This document shows, one piece after another, positions 36,641 to 50,943 of a stretch of DNA of 51,243 bases (positions within the stretch are counted from its first letter, which is position 1; the number at the start of each line of letters is the position of its first letter). The translations under genes and the position numbers were made by a program. Source of the DNA: Girardia tigrina (Eukaryota); the NCBI GenBank assembly GCA_001938485.1, contig MQRK01237970.1:38064-89306 (forward strand), given 5' to 3'. Under the pieces are notes generated by a model that worked only from the letters and a program-made list of their open reading frames with translations, was not told the origin of the DNA and did not search any database.

Positions 36641-38297
36641 TAGGGGGTATATATAATAACGCCAAACCCTATGTTGCAGTAGCTCCATGTCCAGATGTGC
36701 ATTATTTATAAGTCGATTCATTCTGGTCAAGTAATTCTTTGTAGCAAGAATGAAATGTACAGCTTACTCTATTGATACACGACTGCAGTGTTAGCATTTT
36801 CGGATATTAAATTCCTTGTTCAAAAGTCTCTTTCAGTTTTTGGTTATAGTATTTTAAGCAGGATAACGCAGGAAATGTGGATTTTCTTTTTCGGAAATGA
36901 ACTGGCGGTATATATACGGAGAGTGCACGTAAATTCATAACGATCGGGGATCACAACAATATTTTAGCATGATTTTACAATAAAAATAACAAATAGAAGA
37001 AAAATAAAGAGGTTATTTGCCGATTTCAAACGATGACATTTATTTGCATTATTCAAACAAATTGTGAGTATTGTGTAATCAGTTTTCGTTGCTGTTTTTT
37101 ATGAATAATAATATTATATTTGACATAAATATATTTATAAGTATTAATATAATTTTTGGTCACTACAGTTTCTTGTCAAGTAATGATTTAATACACATTT
37201 ATTATACATTTAACTAAAACTTCGAAATTGTTTGTTATTTAACTATTTTTACAGCAATGTTAACCAAGTGTAAATTTGAATCTGAAAAGAAAGTTCCCTT
37301 AGGCAACATAATAAAATGCTGCATCAGATTTCAATGGTACTAAAGAATAGAAGGACAAAGTAATTAAGAGCTAAAGTTGAGCACATATTTTGATAGTTTC
37401 TAAGTAAATAACAAAAATGCTAAAAAAACAGATAGAGTAAATAGAATTTTAAAACATTTGAAAATATATTTGGCCACTTACACTGACAATTGATTCGAAT
37501 ACACAAGTGGTAAAGAGTAACACCTAATTGCATTTGTAAAATTATAAAAGCTATGATGCAGTGCAATATAATTTGAAAGAACTACCATCACATTTTAAAC
37601 AGAAACGTCAACACAAGTGCTCTTCACCTCGAATTAAGCTATAGGATATGTATCACTTTGTTGAACACTTTATTACACATTTACAGGAGATACTTTGAAT
37701 GGTGATATGACCTTTTTGGTATTGGTTCAGACTCTTCCCATTCACACTGGGTATTCCATTGTAGTGTTGGTTACTACTTTTATCTTCCTGGTTCTTTGTC
37801 GGAGGACAATTGATTTATTGCATAGTAGTCAATTTGTAGAACACATTTGGGAATATTGTAATTTTTTACGCTACTCTGAATACGTATCCTAACATCTCAT
37901 CAAGTACTACAATGTTTTAACGCATTATCGCTATTTCTAACAGAAATTATCTTTTCGTTGCATTTCTGGAAAAAATAAATGGTTTAAAAGTAAGTCAAGT
38001 CTGGTATTTGCAAGAAATGTCCAAGAATCTATCATGTCTGAAAAACAATAAATTGGCCACAAAGCTAAATAACTGTATTCGAAAATTTTGAAATAGTATT
38101 AATCAATAATTCTTCTTTCTTTTGCAAATATATGCAGGCAAATATAGTTCAATTATCCGGTTCCTTTAGTTCATTAAGGTTTTGTCTTTAAAAGTCATTA
38201 GCTTTAAACGAATTTAACGACACAAAATAAAAACAATCATTTATAGTATTCAAATTAAATAAAATATAATAAAATGAAAAAAAGTTGCTTATATTAC

Positions 38298-38399
38298 CTT
38301 ATACAGACCACGAAATCCTTCTTTAGAAATGGTTTGAGAAAGCTCTTTAAAGAAACTGGAATCTTTAGCGTTATAATTCGATTTAGTTTGCAAACGAAT
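38298..38399 (-). CDS. SLC25A14: SLC25A14/30-type carrier exon
   Basis: cttag acceptor and gtaata donor. IRLQTK...TISKEGFRGLYK, 102 nt, phase 0. Confidence 0.92.
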
Positions 38400-39749
38400 C
38401 TAAGTAGAAATTACAGAAATTACAAAAAATTGTAATTGTTAAAATATCTAGAAATGTTTATTTCAGCATTTGTTCTTAAATTATTATTCACTTAGAAACT
38501 TTGTTTAGAAACTTAGAAGGTTCTGGAATGCTGATAGTGCATTATTACTTCTCAACCCTCTGGAGATCTACACTATACTGCTCTGTCTGATAACAAGCAC
38601 CGTCGACACATTGCTCAATTCGATTGATTCATCGAATATCATAGCAATCATATCTTACCATCGACAGCGAGTTCATCATACTTCGCAACAGTAATACTGA
38701 TCAGCCCCACGGCCTTCACACCCAAAATAATAGATAAACCATAAAAATGGTTACAAATTACTACTGGCCATTCGAACAGCATTCGCCTAGCTTCGGACAC
38801 TTTAACCTAGATTTCTTTAGTTTACCAAGGACACCACTTGGAGGTGTCTGACTAGTTAAAGCATTGATCCCACAGATATTTGGGCCAAGAGATAAATGGT
38901 TTAAGAGACCTCTGAGTGATAGGGGTAGATACTTTGTAATTATATTAACGCATTATCGTCGGAAGACTCAAAACTGCGTAAAATAACAACTTATCGTATG
39001 TGACGTAAACACGCTAAACTGCAAATGAGTAACAAGCATTGAGTTTATATAAAATTATTAACTGTATTCACCAGTTCTCTGGGTTTCCTTTCGAGAATAC
39101 CTCAAATAAATGCTTGGTGATGGCCAGAGTACGCTGATCATTATTGTTAATGATAGGAATAAGTAACATAAAATATGAATATTTTAATGCATTTCTTCAC
39201 ATGAGTAGAGACAGAACATTATTTAAAACCAAGGCAAGAGGATCGATTAAGATTTGATAATGAAGACAAAAATAAAATATATTAGTTTAATCTTTCTATA
39301 TTTTATGTTAACAAAATACCAAATAAAATTCCAAAATATTAATAAACGGTAGTACATAATTCATTCATATACAAAAAACAATATTTTCTTTTGGAAACAA
39401 GAATAAGAAAATGTTTTTACTATTTTAAGAAATCAAAAGTTGTTTTCTTTTAGAGGAAATATTATTTTTATTTCTGGTGAGCATTAACGAAAATCAATAA
39501 ATTAGCTAGTTTCAATTACGTGAAGTAATTTGTTGGGCACTCTGTTTAACTGAACTCTCTTAGCACAAATTTTACTCGGCTTTGTCAGAGGAAGACAGGT
39601 CTTCTAAACGGTCACTTTTCATTTAAAAAAATTATTTAGGAAATGTTGGTTACTTTAAATAACGCATAAACCCGCCTTCTACGTATTATCAGAGATCACT
39701 GAGAATGATCATAAATTATTTTAATATTCTATCACATTTTTCAATACCA

Positions 39750-41062
39750 TACTGGCCAGTGAAATAGAATCATGATGTTAAAACTCTGAATTGTATGATA
39801 CCCATAAATAGAATCATGACGCAGTGCTGCACGATTCTGTAAGTATTGCGTAGGGTCTGACTCTGTATTTCAAACAATCAGAATGCGTTATGGAACTTAA
39901 GCATGCCATTCATATATATAAGTATTCGTTTTTGTCTGGATTCATTTGAAATCGCAATAGATTAACCACTAAAGTAGCCCAGATGGTGGCGCTGAGAAAC
40001 TAAGACTTATCACAAGGTGCGATTGCAACAAACCTTGATTTTAATTAGTCGGTAGTGTCCAAATGTCTCAACCGTTACGTTACAACATGGAGCTGCTCTG
40101 CTAGGCAATATCCTGGAAAGCACCAAGTGATGGTACCAAGAACGGACTATCAACTATATGAGTCATCGACCTATATTCGCTCACAGCTCCAATAAGATGT
40201 GGCTGTGATCACCGGAACAATTCGTCGGTGATTTTGGCTAGCGTGCGTATCGCCCTGTATGCACACCACGGATGTCGAGGAAGAATACTTCCTACAGATT
40301 AGTGTTTGCTAGGAAATGCCAGAATTGGACTACTGAACAATGGTGTACGGAAGTGTTTTCTGATATGACAATCGTCAAACAGCCCTATTATTTCAGCTCA
40401 CATGTCCACCCACTCAAGGAAAGACGTTATAATGCAAAGTACACTGTCCCAAAAATGAAGATATCGCTTTCAACCATGCTGTGGAGTTGTATTTCAACCA
40501 ATGGCATATGGTATACATGGTTCTTGCCACAAAATACAACGATAAACGCTGCTGTATTTTTCAATATATTGCAGGAAAATCTGCTGCACAGTCTACCAGC
40601 ACGACGAAGAACCTACTCTCACAGCTCAATGTGTGAAGTTTTGGCTAACTGAGAAGGACATTACTCAACTTTCACCATGGCGGAACAGTTCTCTGGATCT
40701 TAATCCGATCAAGGAATGTTGGGCAATCACTAAGAAAAAATTGCAGCCCTCAACTTCTTTGACAAAATAAAGTTTGTGTGATGCACAGAAATTACACCCG
40801 ATTACTGCTCCCGGCCGATTAATTCAATGCCTGACAGAATTGTCTCTTCCATTCAGACCAAGTATTAGTGTAACGATGATACGAACAACTCCTCTGTACG
40901 TGATACACGCATTTCTTGATTAATTAAAAAAGATAACAGCGTGGTACTTTGCTATATTTAGAAATTCCTATAGTGATTATATTTCAATGGTAAGCATGGT
41001 ATGTATTAAGATAACTTTTTCTGATTAAGGTTGTTTTAAAATCATCAGATTTATTTCTGATA
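39750..41062 (+). mobile_element. Highly degenerate Tc1 element
   Basis: RLVFARKCQNWTTEQW..VFSD, MLWSCIS, SLDLNPIKECW and NSMPDRI pieces, with weak inverted ends. Confidence 0.7.
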
Positions 41063-42499
41063 AAAAAAACATATGTTAATGCCAGTTTTTTATTTAATGA
41101 AGACTAAATCGTCGTTGAATGGTAACGAGAAGAATTTATCATTAAATCTCAGGATCCAAATATCGATGTAGAATTACCATAGCCAAGCCTATTACAATTG
41201 TATTCTAACGACTAAAAGATTGTATACATAACAAATAAGTGCGATCTTACCATAAGTGGTCTTCTAATAATGAACTGTTTCATTAAAATGAAATTCAAAA
41301 GAAATATTTTTCAAATAATATTATAATATTATTGTAAAGACAACTTTAAGTTAGATTACTATAAATTGCATTTACAATAGAATATATAACAAAAAAAAGA
41401 CGAAACAATAAAACAAAATGTTAATTAATTAACATTAACAGACGGAATAAAAAAAGACAATTAAATCAAATCACGAATAACAACAGAAACGAGGTCAATG
41501 GGAGAAAACAATGGAATAACAACAAAAAAAAGGTTACTTTAAATACTCTCTGAGTGAAAATAGATATATATTGAGATGCGACTGATTGAGGAAAACGACA
41601 GAGACAGGACGGTCACTTGAATTTCGATAACTTGAAATTGTCGTAGTTGAGAATGATCGTCAAAAATATTCGAGCTAAATCTGATAATTCGATGGATTTA
41701 AGAATGGATTTCAACCAGTTTATCGCGAGAGATTCTGCCGACGGAATTCGAAGAACCGACCGCGAAATATTGAAGATAGAGATGGAGAAATTCCCGAGAT
41801 CGAAACGGTTAGTCGGGAGAATGAATTGCCTCACGAAATGGTACGATTATATGCGTGAATTAATAGAGAGAAGATTCGGAATATTAATTCTTTTCAATCG
41901 ATTTTTATTTTATCAATATTTATTATTGATTTCATTTTTAATTTTTATATCGCAATTTTTAATTCAGCGTTGTCAAGCGCCAAAATCAGCCCTCCGCCGA
42001 GATCACAAAATGAGGACTGGATTCAGTCAATTACCAAAAANNNNNNNNNNNNNNNNNNNNNNNNNNNNNNNNNNNNNNAAAAAAAATGTCACACACAAAT
42101 CAAAAAATTCACATCACAGATTACTTTACAGATGATAGTAACACACCATCATAACAAAGTACAGAAATAAAAAAATCACTCGTACACAAACGTCCCACAA
42201 AAAAATCAACAAAATAAGTAGGGCACTACAATTATAATGCATATAATACTTTAATGTTTTAGAAAAGTCACTCTTTCTCAATTGCCATAAAATATTAATC
42301 AGTCTGATAAGAAATAAGATATGCCAAAGATTAAAGATTGTTGTATGTTTTAAGAACGTCAAATTTAGAACATACACATTAAATTGAACTGACATTTATA
42401 ACAGTGACAATTTTCAATTTTATTTCCTGAAATAAAATGGTTTGGATACAAAGATTTCGCTAAACCTTTTTATATGCATTTATTTTTTTATTGATTCAT

Positions 42500-43150
42500 A
42501 AACAATTATATGTAATATCTTTTAATTGTATATTTTCTTCATTTCAGAGATTCTATCGACATGTAAAGTTTCACAATTGATCATCAATAGACTTTCTCTT
42601 GTAAACAGTAACGTACTCTGTCAAAAGCCTTGCTTAAATACAGCTCACTCACTGTCACATCAAAAAAGCATTTGGAGAAGGCACATTTGGTTATCAAACA
42701 GATTAAGAAGTTTCAGTGTAACCATTTCGATCTCCAAGATTAGTGAAGGAATGGTCGGTATTTTCTTATTGAAAATCGCCGTTTGTGTCTGTGTGGAAGT
42801 TGATTCACACCTGACATTGCATAAGCTGACTGAGAAGTTCGGCGTAAGATATTTGGCATCCGTTGGAGGAAATGGACAAAATCAGTAAACTGACACATAG
42901 AACTCATTAACTAACCAACTTTGATCGTCAACGTCACATAACTGTCCCAGAATGGTACTTTGATCGGTTGAACAAAGTGGATACGGCATATGTGAATATG
43001 ATACTCAAATAAGCAAACCATGCAAAAACCTTGACAAGGTTAAAAGAAGTTCATGGTTTATCTTTTTTAGTGTGAAGGGAACGGTTAGTGTTGAACTCAA
43101 TCAGTCTATAAACGCCCATTTATAATGTCAACAACTGTAACGGATAGCAG
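42500..43150 (+). mobile_element. Highly degenerate mariner remnant
   Basis: KKFQCNHFDLQD**RNGR and LTLHKLTEKFGV (HTH-like) pieces only. Confidence 0.4.
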
Positions 43151-43873
43151 ATATGATTGCACAAACACAAAAAATTGATTCATGTAATTTTTTATAACAA
43201 TATTCGTCCACGTTACAAATCTCCCAACCGAATGAGCCTTACCTTGCACGAACAAACGACAAATGCAGATTTTCCAAACCAGCAAAATGTTCATAACTGA
43301 TTATTCGATTCACCCGCCGGAGGGAGAGATAATCCAGATGAAAACAAATGAGAGCATACGAGAATCCAAATAAGGATTATAATGTGCTTATAAATAATGG
43401 TCATGAAAACAAAGGATCTGGCGATTCTGAGAAGTAAAACTCAGTTTAAAGAGTGAAATTTTCAAATAGCAGTTCGTTTTAAACATGCAAAAATCGTCGA
43501 CTTTTTACTAAATATAAATGATAATCACATTATTTCTACAGAAATCGACGAGAAATAAGGATTTACTTGTCTTCATTGGGCGACCTTACAAATTAATAAA
43601 GTTCTTATAGAAAGAATTTTAAATAAAAAAATAATAAAAATCATCAAACAGTTCTTGAACATGTCAACATGAATGAAAGTCCGAGCAGTTCACAGAACAA
43701 TTTTATCAGCATTGCAACCCTTTTTTATACAATACGATGCTGACAATGATCTCGTTGAAAACCGCAAAGGATTAAAGAAATTTATAAAGAACATATTCAA
43801 GAATCAAGTCTTGGAAAATAAGTATAGGAAATCTTTGTATTAGTAAATAAGACAGAAAAAAAATATTTATTAT

Positions 43874-46713
43874 TGTGAGATATTATAGAATTAAATTTAA
43901 ATTAAAGGTTTGATAAGGCAATAAAACATTTTAATGTTGATTCAAAATCTGGGTTATATAAAGTAATGCAGAAGCACAAAAATGTTTTCATGGCACATCA
44001 ATGAGATATAGAATGCAAAAATATTATGAAACACAGGATATTAACTAATGGAGGACCTATAAATATCAAACCGAGACGTCAGCCCATAACTTTAGAGGAT
44101 AAAATTGATGAAGCCATAAGAAATTTAGAGAGGAATGGAATAATTCGGAAATGCAACTCTCCATGGAACACACCAATGCTTTGTGTCTGGAAAAAGGAAA
44201 AGAAAGACATATGTTTAGATTTTAGACAAGTTAATAAGATAACGGAAAGACCGGCCTTTCCAATGCCTCATATAGAAGAAATGATATATTTTCTAAATGG
44301 ATCTCGGTATTTCAGTACCATTGATTTAGGTAATGCTCATAATCAAGTGAAATTGGATGAAGAGTTACAAGAAAAGACGGCATTCTCAACAAAAACCGGA
44401 CAATTCTGCTTCAATCGGATGCCTTTTGGAATAGCAGCAGCACCTGCGACGTTCCAGAAACTGATGACAATAGTTCTTGGTGATATGCATTGGAAGGATG
44501 CAATTGTTTATCTAGATGATATTTTGATTTTTTCCAAAACTTTGGAGGAACATATTCAACGTTTAGATAAAATTTTTCAGAAAATAGGAAATGCGGGATT
44601 AAGAATAAATCCAGAAAAATGTCATTTTATTAAACAAGAAACAAAATTTCTTGAACATATTATAAGCTCAAAAGGTATAAAGGTAGATTGAATCAATAAT
44701 TAATTATGAGAAACCGAAATATTTAAAAAACTTAAGAAGTTTTCTAGGATTATGCAATTATTATCGTAAGTTTATCAAGGATTATTCAAAGAATTTAGAA
44801 AGTTTATGTGGGCTTAACAAGGACAAACTGATATGGTCAGAAACATGCAAAGATGCGTTTATGAAAATGAAATAAGCGTTATCAAAACCACCAGTCCTAG
44901 CTTATCCTAATTTCGAGAAGGAATTTATTTTAGATACTGATGAAAGTTTTGATTCAATTGCAGCTGTTCTATCACAAGAAGATGCTTTTGGAAATGAAAG
45001 AGTGATTGCCTATGGTTCACATTCAATAAGCAAACATGAGATAGGATACTGTGTAACTAGGAAAGAGTTATTGGCTATTTATTATTTTACTCAACATTTC
45101 AAGTACTATTTATATATGCTAAGAGATTTACTATTAGGATGGATCATAAAGCAATAACATTCATGCTTACAACAAAAAAAACCGATTTCATCTCAATTCC
45201 AAACATGGATCAATTATTTAAGCAGTTTGGACATCAATATGCAGTACAGAAAAGGAATTAATCATACCAATGCAGATTCTTTATCACGTAGCTAATGTGA
45301 AAATTGTTCGCAGTGCAAAAAGAATCATGAAGAAGCACAAAAAAGTAAGTTAAAGACAAAAATATTAGCTCTGATGACAGAATTCAATGGTGAGAAATGG
45401 CAAAGAAATGATGAAGAAATCGAAAAAAAATCAAAAAAGATGTGGAAAAACGAAATACGAGAAGTTTCCTGATAGAAAACGATGTTATTCTCACAACTGA
45501 GGGTAAAATATGGCTACGATATAACAAACAGAGTCAGTTCATTATTGAAACCCATAAATTAATATGCCATGCTAGATTTAAAAAAGTTTATGATTATATT
45601 CAACTTAATTTTGATATGATGAAAATATATGAATTTACAAAACAAATTGTAGAATCTTGTGAGGCTTGTCAAAAACGTAAAGTAATGACTATGAGATCAA
45701 AAGAAACTGTAATTAAGGAAAGCACTAAATTTCCATTTGAGTCAATATTTCTCGATTTTTGTGGACCATTCAAACAGATATTTCAAGGAAAAAGTATATT
45801 TTAGCTATTATAGATCAATTTAGTCGATATATTTCTTTAAATGTTGTGGCCAAACAAGATGAAAATACAACTGCTGATATACTTTTGAATCGATGGATAT
45901 TAAAATATGGTGCACCTCGAGTAATGTATTTATATTGTGGAAAATCGTTCCAATCCAAAGTTATGAAGGAGCTAGCAGAACGTTATAAAATTCAGATTCA
46001 ATATTCAAGCCCATATCATCACAACACCAATGGGCTAATCGAAAGACAATTTAGGACAATTCGAGATTTTATATCTTCTTTAAAAGATAAAAATGGAAAA
46101 ACTTGGGTCGACTTATTGCCAGAAGTTGAATATTCCTTAAATGCCACAACACAAAAGGCAATCGGAATGAGTGCAGCAGAAGTCGTATTTGGTTTCCCGA
46201 TAAATAGGCAATGGAAAAGTAATAAAGAGATAGGAAGAAATCGTGAAGATATTTTAAATACCGTTAGACAGAATCAAAGTAAAATTGCATATGATAATAG
46301 TAAACGGGAGAATAGAGAATTTAATGTGGGAGAACATGTTCTAGTAAAAGTTGAAATCAGAAGTAATAAAGATGATAACCGTTACGATGGGCCGATGAAA
46401 ATTCATAAAAAGCGACATGAGAGAAGCTATGAATTACAAGATAAAAACGGAAAATTATTCGTGAGGAATATAGTGGTTGAAACCTTTTAAAACAAGGGGA
46501 TTTGAGATATTATAGAATTAAATTTAAAGTCAAATAAAATATTATGCAATCAACAAATTTAGAATAATTCTAAATTTGTATTATATAACTATTACGGGGT
46601 CGAGAGCAGAGTTAACATTTGACTCTCCATTTATTATGTATATAACTGACGTATGTGTGCTTGTGATTTAGTTTATGTAAATATATTTTAGTACAGATCT
46701 TTTGTCTCTAACA
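43874..46713 (+). mobile_element. Ty3/Gypsy LTR retrotransposon, internally deleted (no gag/protease)
   Basis: RT 44026-44691 (SPWNTP, RMPFG, YLDD), broken RNase H, and integrase 45442-46490 (H..H..CEAC, IIDQFSRY, SPYHHNTNGLIER). PPT AAAACAAGGGGA is followed by a 3' LTR at 46501-46713 ending ACA. Only ~28 bp of the 5' LTR remains (TGTGAGATATTATAGAATTAAATTTAAA at 43874). Confidence 0.92.
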
Positions 46714-47226
46714 ATTTTACAACGTCAATCAATTTACTGTGAACTCTTTCATCAATCGATTAATTGAAGAAAAAATAGACATTATAATGATTTATTATTT
46801 TTATGAAATTTGATTGTAATTTTCGTTTCATTGTATTAAATCTCTTCATTCAAAAGAAAAATAAATATTATGTAAAAAATCAAATCAATAAAAAAATAAA
46901 TAAATAAAAAGGTTGCCAAAATGGCATATAAAAAAATATGGTGAAATTAAAAAACCACAACATGGTATTGGTTTAAAGCCCATTGATTGGCTAATTAAAA
47001 ATGAAATCTGGACGTGGATTCGTCCATTTGAATGTTGATAGAATTGATTTTTTGTGTGTGAACAGAATTCGTTTATGTTAACTTGAAATTGAGAAAAGGT
47101 TTCGTACTTGTCAGAAATTATTAATTTGGTGTTAAAAAAGGAGTGGTGGTTTTGATTTATGTAAACAATATATATATTATGTACTAATAGAATATTTATC
47201 GTAAGCATAACTGTAGTGAATAATAC

Positions 47227-47312
47227 CTTTATGACATCTGTAGGATTGGCGATGGTGCTCGAAGTAACCCCTGCAACCACAGCGCAAACCACGTTGCATG
47301 AAACTGACTCAT
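47227..47312 (-). CDS. SLC25A14: SLC25A14/30-type carrier exon (second signature motif)
   Basis: ttcag acceptor and gtatta donor. [29 protein letters not shown] (cf. [29 protein letters not shown]). Confidence 0.94.
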
Positions 47313-48296
47313 CTGAATTTTAAGATTCTCAATATTTTATTGTACCATAATTAATTGTATTTCAATCTTAAACGACACCCAGTAATAACAGTCATCACAA
47401 AATAATATCAATAATACTATTATTCTATCTGCTCGATTGACAGAAATAATTTTGCTGGAAATTTTATATCCCATAATTTCATATTCATTGAACAACCGGT
47501 TATAATTAATTTAATTTCTTTGCAAAATTTCAAAGGTAGCGGTGATTACAATTAATCAGGTTATTTTGCAAGTACACATTCTTTTGAGACAACCGATTCC
47601 GGGGGATCAAAACATCATCAATAATCTACTGCATTTTATTCTTTCTGATCCTGATTGATTCTTATGTAAGGTGTTACAAACTTTGTGAAGAAGGAGTCAT
47701 GAAATATTCTGGTGAACCTTGATTTCATTAATTTGCTGGAATTCTATGGTCAGATTTGTTTTATTATTAAAGTCGATGAGATTTATTACATATTTATACA
47801 ATATCTCTAATAACTCTTGCTCATTATCCCATATTATTATAAAAGGAACAACGTGTACAAACAAAACAAGTATTTATATCTAAAAAGTCGTATTATTATT
47901 CTTAAGAAAATACTTTCCATTTTAAATTTTTCAACAAATATCATTCTTCAGTTCGTGAAATATTTGTAAAAATAATGCAGATAGATCCCGAACTAACTCG
48001 ACGATGATCAGTGACCGGATCAATTTGCATGAAATAATAGCTCATCTTCTTTACTCAATGCATACTAGTCTACACTTGTGGCAATATAAAAATAATGTTA
48101 TCAAAAATAAATTATTATTCTGTTTCCCTGATAGAATACTTTAGCAAAAATCTATAAGAGATCCACCGTTGTCTCTGTTTAAAGACGCTTATCGCAGAAA
48201 TGATGTTTAGAAAATACTCTGATGCAAAACACTGATTTTTTGTATATAAAAATACTAAATATTTTTTAATAAATATCAATGCTGCCTAAGTTACAG

Positions 48297-48300
<4 letters not shown>

Positions 48301-48338
<38 letters not shown>
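48301..48338. repeat. (TA)n microsatellite
   Basis: About 19 TA units. Confidence 0.95.
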
Positions 48339-48343
<5 letters not shown>

Positions 48344-48564
48344 CTGAGTCGAAAAGTAGAGAAACCTTAAATCATATTGAGATTGACACAACCTTCGAAT
48401 CCCAGACTTTGTCAAATTTAACTCAACTGAAGTTAAACTGACAAAATTGGGTAAATAAAAATCTAGAATATTATGAATATGAAGAGGTAAATAAATAAAT
48501 CTACTATAAATAAGATGATCAATTTTATGAATGTCAGATCTAAAAATTATGTAACTAATATAAC

Positions 48565-48659
48565 CTCTGTATCTTTTGCCAGTGATTTGTTTCAATTTAT
48601 CATATAAACCCATTTTCATAGTGCCATAAGATGCTTGACGAATCACCCCAGCACTCAGA
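48565..48659 (-). CDS. SLC25A14: SLC25A14/30-type carrier exon (first one visible; earlier exons presumably beyond the window)
   Basis: actag acceptor and gttata donor. LSAGVIRQASYGTMKMGLYDKLK (RQASYGTIKIGIY motif). Confidence 0.93.
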
Positions 48660-49080
48660 CTAGTGGAAAAACAAATAATTTTAACATTGATACAATAAAT
48701 AGAATATCTGAATATTACTGAACAGATCCAAGGACAATTTTACATTCAAATCTTCATTTAAAAATACTTTCAAAATAAAATTATTATTTTTTTATGTTGT
48801 ATGTAATTTTACTTAATTTTCATTATGATAGTCAAAGTTAAAAAAATACGGTATAAATGATTCTAGCTTAAACACTTGACATTCTCTCGTAGCCAAAGTA
48901 AGATGCTTCCTACTACACCAGCTTCCTAAACTTATGCAACGACAACCTTATCCATAATATAAGTTTTTAACAAGTTACCTCAGAGGACTCAAAAATAAAT
49001 AGAGTTTAACTTTACTTTAAATTTAAAGGTAAAAAATTAACTTTTATTTAAAACGCATCGATATAAAATGTATTTTTAAT

Positions 49081-49420
49081 GACAATATATTTCAGCGATT
49101 CGACCGTCATTCACAGGTCCAAATGTTTATAAACTTGTATATAATTTATCCATGCTATTCAAAAACATCTCAATAAGCACTGATCGAGACTGGTGATTAA
49201 ACAGTGATTTTAGGAAAGCATTATCTCGTTCACAATTCTTCATACGACTCTCCCAAAAAATATCAGTTTTAATAGCAAATTTACATTTTTCCTCTGTTCA
49301 GTAATTTTACTTTTACCATCTTTCCCACTATTGTCTGGAAATTTTTTAAGATAACAGAAAGTAGTCTCTCCAATATATGTGACATCGCACCTATCAGATT
49401 TATATTTATAGAACCCATTG
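49081..49420 (-). mobile_element. Degenerate Penelope-like element 3' end (GIY-YIG remnant and hammerhead-like motif)
   Basis: Minus strand reads DRCDVTYIGET. A hammerhead-like GGAC-CTGTGAATGA-CGGTCGAATCG-CT-GAAA-TATATT-GTC lies at 49081-49120. Confidence 0.55.
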
Positions 49421-49959
49421 TTAAAGGTTTAACAGATATATTCCTTAAAATATTTAGAGTTAGAGAGATAAAAACTTCTCGATATAAGACAGCGAAATTT
49501 CTACATTCTAAATTGAAATCCTTTTTATTCTGAATTTATGTGTGTGAGGAATATTTTGAATGTTTGATGTTTTGTGTTTGAATGTGTATGTTGATTTGGA
49601 AATGTGTCTCTCCTACCCAGATGGATGATTAATGTTTGAATTCTTAATATCTAAAAATATGTAATGTTTAAATTTATGTTTAATTTCAAATAATTTTACA
49701 ATTTTTAATAAATAAATCAAATTAATATTTTTTAAATAATTAATATTTTTTTAATTTCTATCCAATAAGTTTTAGTAAATATTTTATTAAAATATTTATT
49801 TCTCCATTTGCTAAAAAAATAATAAGAATTAAGTTATTAATCAATTTAGTTTAAAATGCAATCGTACGAAAGCTTTGAAAAAGATTGTCTTAAAGACAAT
49901 CAAAATTGTTGTTTAAATAAAAATATGAAAAGTCAAATTGGTGTTCTTAATAATATGAC

Positions 49960-50245
49960 TTGATAGTTTTATAATTACTTATGTTATTTCTACTTCCGAA
50001 GCTGAAAACGTCAATACTTTTTGGTTTCTTTTGATATCTCTAGCTTATTCACAAATGTTCCTTTGGCTGGAACTTTGAATTCATGTGTCGATCTGTTGAA
50101 AAATAATGCATCAGAACATATTTAGGCAAGGTTAAGTTTAGTAAACTTAAAAGATTTGCAATATCTAATATTCATTTTCTTTCTATTAATCATTAGTATA
50201 AGGAAACTGATGGAGGTGTCATGGGTTTACCTTTAACGTCAATAT
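49960..50245 (+). mobile_element. Penelope-like reverse-transcriptase fragment
   Basis: FDISSLFTNVPLAGTLNSCVDLL and TDGGVMGLPL match PLE RT motifs (SFDV.SLFTNVP; DGVAMGSPL). Confidence 0.7.
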
Positions 50246-50943
50246 ATATGATCATAAAAATATTTTTAAATGGATTATTAAATAAAACGTGAGAGAAAAA
50301 TAAGGTAATTAGAACACTTTCAAATAACTAGTTTAAAAAAAGAGATATTTTCAATTGCAAATGTACATCCGAATGACATTGTCGAGGACACAGTCTGGAG
50401 GGCCCTTTTATATTCTTAATTAATATGCCACCAAACACGATGTGAAAAATCCAAATATGTAACGTAAAATCTTAATTTTACAGTCATTAAAGTAATAATA
50501 TAATGATACAGTAAATTCGTTCATAAATAATGAATGCGATTTCAGCTTCATCAATTATCTCTTCCTTTTTTAACTGAAAAATGCATTTTAAATTAAACGA
50601 CCAACAAACTTTAAAACTGTAGAAGAGAAAATATATTGTTAAAAAGTAAGCATAAATAGAAATTTTATTTTACTGAATTTAATGGTACTAAATATATTTT
50701 TTACACAAAATAATTAAATACTTAACTTTTCATTAAAATATTATTTACATTATTCCATTATAATTGCTTTGAAAAAAAATTTAATTGTTGTGTTCATATG
50801 ATGTATGTTGGTCCATCCGTATTCTGATGGCGGATATATTAGACATTCAAATTATTCAGGCAGAACTTTACATTCGAACAAGTAACATTTTTAAAATTAA
50901 ATTTTAATATTATTAAAAAGTGAACTCCATTTTTGAATATTTA

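Noticed and set aside
38450-39200. Possible Gypsy integrase/LTR remnant (LSDRG)
   Set aside because: Insufficient continuous similarity.
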